Origin: Nitrospirales bacterium
GTDB lineage: Bacteria > Nitrospirota > Nitrospiria > Nitrospirales > UBA8639
Direction of reading: 5' to 3'
Assembly (NCBI GenBank): GCA_965223295.1
Contig: CBDCWC010000003.1
Coordinates: forward strand, 1,664,001-1,728,000
DNA length: 64,000 bases
Notes under the pieces: model-generated
What the model saw: the letters and a program-made list of their open reading frames with translations, nothing else
The model's database searches: none
What the model was told of the DNA's origin: nothing
Position numbers and translations under genes: made by a program
Part shown: in pieces, positions 58,861-64,000 of the stretch
Position numbering within the stretch: the first letter of the stretch is position 1
Layout: each line of letters starts with the position of its first letter

Positions 58861-61230
58861 ATGATGATTCTGGAAAAACTACTTCAAGAGAGAACGGATG
58901 AGTTATCTCCTGTGTATTGTAAGTATACAAATAGAGCAAGAGGGTTTGTTGTTGTACTTGCCAGTATTCTTATGTGGGGATGTGCAGCACCTGAAATGCA
59001 AAGTGCGCCCCAAGCTCCCGTAGCACAATCTGAATCCAGTCACGGCACGGCTTCCACAACAACCTCGGATCTCCAAGAAATGACCTCCAATGAAAGCCAC
59101 GCCGAAGCTTTTGAGGTTGTGGATTGTTTGCTCCCGGGACAGGTTCGTCGGTTAGGTGTACAAATGATTTATATGACACCTCGCCGACCAGTCCGTGCGA
59201 CCGCCGAAGACTGTGTAATTCGTGGCGGGGAATATGTATCGTATGATCGAGCAGACTACAGTACCTCTCTGGAGATATGGAAGAAAGCTGCAGACCTAGG
59301 AAATGTTGAGGCCCAGTATTATATCGCAACACTGTACGAACGAGGGGTCACTGGCACGTCTGACTATGGCGCTGCCATCCAATGGTACGAAAAAGCGGCG
59401 GAACAGGGTCATCGCCAAGCTGCTATGAATTTAGGACGTCTGTATGATCAAGGTTTGGGTGTAGAACAGAATTCCCAGTTAGCCTTTTCATGGATGACCA
59501 AAGCTTCTGGTCTTGAGGAAACCGAACTAACCAATTTGTTAAACCGTTCTGCTACACGAGAACTCCAAACCCTCCAAAAGACCGTCAAAGTGAAAGATAG
59601 AGAAATTCATGCCTTACAAAGTTCCTTGTCACAAACTCGTGGAGAAAAAATCAAACTTCAGAATCTCCTCGCCAGGGAGCAGGCTAAAGCTGAAGCAGAG
59701 CGCACTCATCTTGCTCAGCTGGAACAGCACTATCAGCTCCTAAAAACTCGGCTTCAAGCCGCGAATGCCCAAGGCGCAGAACGAGAAAAAGCTATTCAGC
59801 ACTCTCAGCAACAACTCCAGAGTTTAGAAAAACAATTAGCGCAGAAAAATCTTGAAGGAGAGCAGCTCAAATCACTGAAATCAAAATATCAAACACTTCA
59901 ACAACAATTGACGCATCTTCAGCGCGAGAAAGACCAAGAACGCACACTTCGTGAGCAACAAGAGAGTGACTATCAACAGGTTCAACGGGAGCTAGAACAG
60001 AGTCGAAAACAGGTGGTTCACCAAGAAGAAGAAATGCTTGAATTGACGAAAAAAATTGAAGATATCACCTCGTCAAAACTAGTGGCCAACCTTCCACCAG
60101 GCAAAGATTTAGGATTGGAAGGTCCCAAAATTCAGATAATTGATCCACCGATGGTTGGGGTTCGAGGCATTCGGGTCGAGGCCCCGCGCCGCGATGTCTA
60201 TCTTTCCCAAGACCATTCTCGATCGATCACGGGCAGAGTGCTGGCCCCTGCGGGACTATGGGAGGTACGGGTCAATGGATTGGTAGCCGATGTCGATCAG
60301 AAGGGAGAGTTTTCTTATGATCTTCCCGTGGTCCGATCCAAAGAGCAGGCTGTGCCCGTGGATATTTTAGCTGTTGATATTCAGAATAAACGTTCAGTGA
60401 GCAGCTTAAATGTCCTGTGGGGGATGCCCGATCCCACCCAAGCGGCGTTGTCTCAGGCAACGCAAAAGCCCTTTGGTCAGTACCATGCGTTGGTTATCGG
60501 TAACGATCATTACCAACATTGGGAACCGCTTCAAAACGCCATTGCCGATGCTGAGGCGGTGGGCAAAGTGTTGCATGATCAATATGGGTTTCAGGTAAAA
60601 GTTCTGAAAGATGCATCCCGAAAGGATATTCTCAAAACTCTCAACGACTATAGAAAGCTTTTAACCGAACAAGACAATCTTCTAATCTATTACGCGGGGC
60701 ATGGCTATCTGGAACCTAATATAGATCGGGGCTACTGGATTCCCGTCGAAGCGGAACTTCAGGATAATTCTGACTGGATTTTGTTACCCACCATTACGGA
60801 TCTTCTTCAATTAATGACGGCCAAGCATATTCTTGTGGTCGCCGATTCGTGTTTTGCCGGGAAGCTGACCCGTTCATCTCTTGCACAACTTCGACCGGGA
60901 TTGTCTGATGAGGCTAGGATGGATCTCTTGCAGACTCTTGCAGAAAAGCGGGTGCGGACTGCTCTCACCTCAGGTGGTGTGCGACCGGTGTTGGATGAAG
61001 GCGGAGGGGGCCATTCCATCTTTACCGAGGCCTTATTGGGTGTCCTGAAAAACAATGTAGAAATATTAGAAACCGAACGTGTCTATTTAGCGGTGCGCAA
61101 TCGGGTCATGAAATCCGCGCAAATGCTAAACGCCGAACAAATTCCTACATATTCGCCTATTCATTTGGCTGGGCATGAGAGTCTCGGGGATTTCATCTTT
61201 GTCCCTCAGAACTCAAAAGTTTCTTCATAA
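58861..61230 (+). CDS. Sel1-repeat / coiled-coil / caspase-like (peptidase C14) lipoprotein
   Basis: MWGC lipobox-like motif; Sel1 repeats (AIQWYEKAAEQG); long heptad region; ALVIGN..Y, YYAGHG, ADSCFAG, HSIFT; AGGAGG RBS. Confidence 0.9.
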   Translation: MMILEKLLQERTDELSPVYCKYTNRARGFVVVLASILMWGCAAPEMQSAPQAPVAQSESSHGTASTTTSDLQEMTSNESHAEAFEVVDCLLPGQVRRLGVQMIYMTPRRPVRATAEDCVIRGGEYVSYDRADYSTSLEIWKKAADLGNVEAQYYIATLYERGVTGTSDYGAAIQWYEKAAEQGHRQAAMNLGRLYDQGLGVEQNSQLAFSWMTKASGLEETELTNLLNRSATRELQTLQKTVKVKDREIHALQSSLSQTRGEKIKLQNLLAREQAKAEAERTHLAQLEQHYQLLKTRLQAANAQGAEREKAIQHSQQQLQSLEKQLAQKNLEGEQLKSLKSKYQTLQQQLTHLQREKDQERTLREQQESDYQQVQRELEQSRKQVVHQEEEMLELTKKIEDITSSKLVANLPPGKDLGLEGPKIQIIDPPMVGVRGIRVEAPRRDVYLSQDHSRSITGRVLAPAGLWEVRVNGLVADVDQKGEFSYDLPVVRSKEQAVPVDILAVDIQNKRSVSSLNVLWGMPDPTQAALSQATQKPFGQYHALVIGNDHYQHWEPLQNAIADAEAVGKVLHDQYGFQVKVLKDASRKDILKTLNDYRKLLTEQDNLLIYYAGHGYLEPNIDRGYWIPVEAELQDNSDWILLPTITDLLQLMTAKHILVVADSCFAGKLTRSSLAQLRPGLSDEARMDLLQTLAEKRVRTALTSGGVRPVLDEGGGGHSIFTEALLGVLKNNVEILETERVYLAVRNRVMKSAQMLNAEQIPTYSPIHLAGHESLGDFIFVPQNSKVSS

Positions 61231-61808
61231 CAAGACTCCCAATGCCCTTCTGGCTTAGATGCCTGGGGTGTTACTACCTCTGGATCTATGTCGGACATTC
61301 AGACGTCGCCATCGAAGATCGCCTGGGTGTCCCAGCTTGGGCCAAGATTTGAGTTCCTTCGGCATCTCTTCAGGTGAGCGTGATCTGAAGCTTCATCCTC
61401 ATTCCTTGAAACACAAATGTATTGACGTAAGTGGTGTTGGGTTTGCTTGCAAAAGCTTTCAATCCCCTGAACATGCGTTATTCCCTGCACAAAACTTCTG
61501 AATGATTGGTTCGAAAGTGGAAGAAATTTGGAAGTATATTCGGCATGGTAACTTAGTCTTGTAATCCTACAGGCAATTCCGTGGGTATCTGTTGGTCCAG
61601 TCTTAGCAAGAGGGTTTGACACTTCGCATTAAGAATAATGCGGGTGTATCCTCCTTCTCTTTCCCGTAGAAAAACAAACACTAGTACGTAGACTTCAATG
61701 CTGCGACCCTAGTTGCCTTATAGGGTCTCGCAACATCATTTTCGGCAATGCTCACAGAGCCATCAGACAGGAACCATGCAGCAAGCGCTCGCAGTGGAAT
61801 CTAGACAT

Positions 61809-61845
61809 GTATCTGAACAGATACTCTATTTATCTGAACAGATAC
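61809..61845. promoter_or_regulatory. Tandem palindromic operator
   Basis: TATCTGAACAGATAC at 61810 and 61831 (21-bp period); each copy is a TATCTG-AA-CAGATA inverted repeat. Confidence 0.65.
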
Positions 61846-62114
61846 GAGTTTAGGAATTGAGTGAGTGAGTTTTCTGTCGAGAATAATGGGCGCATGATAA
61901 ACATCTCTCATAGATAGGCAGCAGACGTCTAGCTGGAGTCGACTCTTTGGATTTCTTATGGCACCACATCTGCATAATGAATGGTGATAGTTTCAACAAT
62001 CTTGAATCTAAACAAAGAACCCTGCTTTTCCAGGTGGGGTATTCAAATAGGTTCTTTAGTAGAGATGAACTAATCAGATCAACAGTAAGTACTTGAATGG
62101 AAACGGAGGACAAT

Positions 62115-64000
62115 ATGTTCAGAGAACTTAAATATCAACTAAGCGGAATAACATTTTTGATAGCGTGGTTCTTTTTCGCGGGTTTCCCATTTGACAATTT
62201 TCGAGCTCAGGCAGCTCCTGCGCAGCCGTTTAAGAGAGCAACTCCTACATTGAAATTTCCTAAACTCGACTTTCCTTTATCCACAAGCCATCTCGAAGGG
62301 GTTGTGCAGCCGCTTGAGGCAGAAGATGCGACATTGAACGGTCCTCAAATCGCAAACGATCATCCTCATTTCACAGGAACAGGCTTTGCGGATTACATAG
62401 GGGAGGGGTCTATTGCATGGGACGTTACTATCGAGACCGCAGGATTATATCAGCTGGAATTTCGCTATGCACTAGCAAGCGGAGACCGTCCTCTGAATAT
62501 CTTGGGTAGCAATGGGATTCTCATAAAATCAAATGTGAGTTTTCCTGCAACTGGAGGTTTTGATGTCTGGAAAACAGTCACGGTCTTTACAAAGCTTGAT
62601 GCAGGTCCCAACACGATAAAAGCGGTCACGACTGGCGTGAGCGGAGCAAATATGGATCATTTGGTTGTCTCACTCACTCCCCCAGACCTCAATCGTTTCT
62701 TAAGTTTCCCTATTCATTCCTCTCATAAAGTTTTTCGAGGAAGCGAGGATAATGCTAAGGCCTACTATAAAGTGATCGATCCGAACGACCAGAGGACCAC
62801 CTTTGAAGACTGGAAGCAAGTGAATGGGCTCACAAATCCTCAGAACGATCCAAATGTCCATCATGCCACGTATTTTAACGGAGCCGACTTGGCTTTTGCT
62901 CGCGATATGTATGTCAAAGTACACAAGTCTGCAGATGGAAAGGTGAACTCAGCGGCTTCCTATGTCCAGAATTACCTGACTCTGAGTGATGCCGTCAATC
63001 GTACTAACTTGCTTGCCACCGTTGCCATGGAATACGGACCACCGGAAGGTAACCTTACCGCGCCTCGATTTACCAAATTTTTTGTTTTCGACAAAGATGG
63101 AAATCGTCTCACAAAAATTGATCTGGATGGTCGAGGGGCCAAATATGTACCTGGTCTTTGTAATGTCTGTCACGGAGGCAAGCCTAAGCTCGGAGCATTT
63201 CATGGAAGTGCGGCTACCTATCAGGATAGAGGAGACACAGGAGGAAAATGGATTCCTTGGGACCTTGACACCTATCAATTTCATCCTTCGAAAACACGGG
63301 CTCAACAGGAGGCAGAGTTCAAGAAATTAAACAGCGATATTTTAGAGATATACCGTGATCGTCCAAGAGGTACTAGCGTTACCAACTCGACCGCAGTGCT
63401 CATCAAAGGCTGGTATGGGGGCGAAGGATTGCCTAACACTAAGTTTAACGGAAATTATGTCCCACCCGGCTGGAAGAATACCTCTGATGGAAATAAAAGT
63501 GATCTCTATTTAAAGGTGGTCGGGCCAACCTGTCGTGCCTGCCATAATCAACGAGGAAGCTATCACAACGATGGCGGATTTTTCCAAGGAAATCTTCTGC
63601 AGTCTTCCCTGGAATTCAACTCGTATCACGACTTCAAAGGCTACAAAGATCAAATTGCACCCTTAGTCTATGACATGGGTGTCATGCCAGCAGCAAGACA
63701 GACGTTTGAGAATTTTTGGAGAAGTGATGCGCCAAAGATTCTTGACGATGAATTGTTTGGTGGGCAGGTCTACCAGAATCCGAACGAGCAAAATCCCACA
63801 CCTGGTGTCGCTCATTCTTTTGGGGCACTAAGAAGACCAGGACGCCCGATAGCCAATATCGCGGGGATTCCCACTACCTTTGGGGTTACAGATAAGGCTC
63901 CGATTGGCAATTTTTGCTTCCAAGGACCAATCTTCAGCTTAGCAGATGTGGCAGAAGGAAGCCGTGTCCGATTAAATGGAAGATCAAGCTTGTTCGCCGA
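62115..64000 (+). CDS. Secreted CBM35/CBM6-like + diheme cytochrome c protein (3'-truncated; absent from the ORF track)
   Basis: GGAGGA RBS, ATG 62115, open to the window end by my translation; signal peptide; EAEDA..FTGTGFADY..FRYA..FPATGG..W..L.AG.NTI..NMDHL; in-frame CNVCH (63159) and CRACH (63531), later VMP. Confidence 0.85.
   Translation, partial: MFRELKYQLSGITFLIAWFFFAGFPFDNFRAQAAPAQPFKRATPTLKFPKLDFPLSTSHLEGVVQPLEAEDATLNGPQIANDHPHFTGTGFADYIGEGSIAWDVTIETAGLYQLEFRYALASGDRPLNILGSNGILIKSNVSFPATGGFDVWKTVTVFTKLDAGPNTIKAVTTGVSGANMDHLVVSLTPPDLNRFLSFPIHSSHKVFRGSEDNAKAYYKVIDPNDQRTTFEDWKQVNGLTNPQNDPNVHHATYFNGADLAFARDMYVKVHKSADGKVNSAASYVQNYLTLSDAVNRTNLLATVAMEYGPPEGNLTAPRFTKFFVFDKDGNRLTKIDLDGRGAKYVPGLCNVCHGGKPKLGAFHGSAATYQDRGDTGGKWIPWDLDTYQFHPSKTRAQQEAEFKKLNSDILEIYRDRPRGTSVTNSTAVLIKGWYGGEGLPNTKFNGNYVPPGWKNTSDGNKSDLYLKVVGPTCRACHNQRGSYHNDGGFFQGNLLQSSLEFNSYHDFKGYKDQIAPLVYDMGVMPAARQTFENFWRSDAPKILDDELFGGQVYQNPNEQNPTPGVAHSFGALRRPGRPIANIAGIPTTFGVTDKAPIGNFCFQGPIFSLADVAEGSRVRLNGRSSLFA

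Noticed and set aside
61810-61845. Mini CRISPR array
   Set aside because: Two 15-bp units with a 6-bp gap and no cas genes; fits an operator better. No CRISPR-like periodic repeats were seen anywhere in the window.
62700-63330. ORF-track entries 62700-62924, 62949-63305 and 62986-63330
   Set aside because: Shadow ORFs overlapping the long real frame that starts at 62115

Overview
Bacterial chromosomal window whose gene content (two CydA-like 'bd-like' oxidases clustered with Rieske/cytochrome b and c-type cytochromes, plus dxs-ispG-hpnH) points to a Nitrospirota nitrite oxidiser; the taxonomy is inferred, not proven. 1-6.3 kb: hopanoid/MEP cluster with a 5'-truncated HpnP-like C-2 methylase, dxs, ispG, tRNA-Cys and hpnH. 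7.1-18.5 kb: 11-gene respiratory operon, followed by ubiA. 20.3-38.4 kb: two related integrative elements in tandem at tRNA-Thr(CGT), delimited by three att-core copies with IHF-consensus and arm-type sites. Only the first keeps int/xis/ATPase; both carry IS3 elements, cargo genes and decayed SRAP genes. 38.5-55.6 kb: mostly housekeeping genes (bactofilin, folK, panC, TPM/LemA, glycerate kinase, hybrid kinase, UDG, tal, pgl, SPFH/NfeD). Four MITE-like elements with target-site duplications occur in the window (one at 6.45 kb, three at 44.8-50.8 kb). 55.9-64 kb: an envelope module (lipoprotein alpha/beta hydrolase, passenger-less autotransporter barrel, sigma54-driven Sel1/coiled-coil/caspase lipoprotein) and an open-ended ORF missing from the ORF track that fuses a CBM35-like module to a diheme cytochrome c. 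No CRISPR array or rRNA was seen. All family calls come from motif recognition by eye; no database searches were run.
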